64,000 nt of DNA from Octopus bimaculoides (lineage: Eukaryota). Shown in pieces: positions 63,201-64,000 of the stretch. The notes under the pieces are model-generated. The model saw only the letters and a program-made list of their open reading frames with translations. It had not been told where the DNA came from and did not search any database. The DNA is taken from contig NC_069003.1 of NCBI RefSeq assembly GCF_001194135.2, forward strand, positions 25,598,399 through 25,662,398. The letters run 5' to 3'. The position numbers and the translations under genes are program-made. Every line of letters begins with the position of its first letter. The stretch's first letter is position 1.

Positions 63201-64000
63201 AAACTAAATTTGTTTCTAATTAATTTTTACAAAATTATCTCCCTTTTTATCTGCTGCCAATGATTGTTGCTGGAGTTTTTGTTTAAAAGACAATCATTTC
63301 TAACGTTGGGTATATCAGTATTCACTTGATTTACCTCGGATTAATATTTATTTCAAGGAGATTTTGGCTACTATTTCAAACAGACTTAGGAAGAACTTCT
63401 TTTAACGGGTTTGCTAATAATTCTTGATTTTTTACTCCATCCCCACCCCTCGTATAACAGTTAAAGCTGCATCCTTAAAGACTTCAGCCCCGGAAATTGC
63501 TGTACTCTTGCTGGCCCCTAATAAAGCTAGTACACCGTTCTCAGATCTAGGACGGTGATACTGCCGCTACACATATTCAAAGCCATCCAAACCAATTGAT
63601 AAAAATTCCCAAAGCACATACCATAATCAGTTGTCTACGAGTGGAACACCCTGTTCATTCTCTCACCACTCCTCCAGTTATAGTACAGACTACGTCAAAA
63701 CAAGGGAGACAACTCAACCAAACCGATTAAAGGTTGGAAGGGGCATAACTGCGGAGGGGGTTTGATGGGTGATGAATACGGTGACTCCAGATGTTTCAGT
63801 TATTAGACCTTAGCATTCATCATCATCATCATCGTTTAACGTCCGCTTTCCATGCTAGCATGGGTTGGACGATTTGACTGAGGACTGGTGAAACCGGATG
63901 GCAACACCAGGCTCCAGTCTGATTTGGCAGAGTTTCTACAGCTGGATGCCCTTCCTAACGCCAACCACTCAGAGAGTGTAGTGGGTGCTTTTACGTGTCA

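Overview
AT-rich, microsatellite- and SINE-dense animal genomic DNA with several N-gaps. The repeat landscape suggests a cephalopod, probably Octopus (inference). I assembled four spliced genes by hand. (1) The 5' part of an unidentified gene on the minus strand (exons 9770-9840, 5068-5116, 2897-3004 and possibly 297-324). (2) A complete PHAX (minus, 5 coding exons, 17214-28247, 469 aa). (3) A complete MED22/Surf-5 (minus, 3 coding exons, 32165-39357, 142 aa, plus a non-coding first exon near 41605-41700). (4) RPL7A/Surf-3 (plus, 6 exons from the ATG at 42117 to 60296; last exon not seen). MED22 and RPL7A lie head-to-head about 400 bp apart, the same arrangement as in the mammalian Surfeit locus. 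The most striking feature is that RPL7A introns 1, 2 and 4 hold about 14 recognisable snoRNA genes plus one truncated copy, several per intron: SNORD53-like x4, SNORD103/85-like x2 plus a fragment, SNORD36-like x1, a new H/ACA pair with compensatory changes, and U24 apparently split into two single-guide genes (the D' guide in intron 2, the D guide in a 4-copy array in intron 4). The remainder is SINEs, hAT, piggyBac and Tc1/mariner MITEs, and LINE, Penelope, Merlin and piggyBac fragments. No CRISPR, rRNA or true tRNA genes were seen. rRNA target assignments come from recalled conserved rRNA and snoRNA sequences, not from a search.
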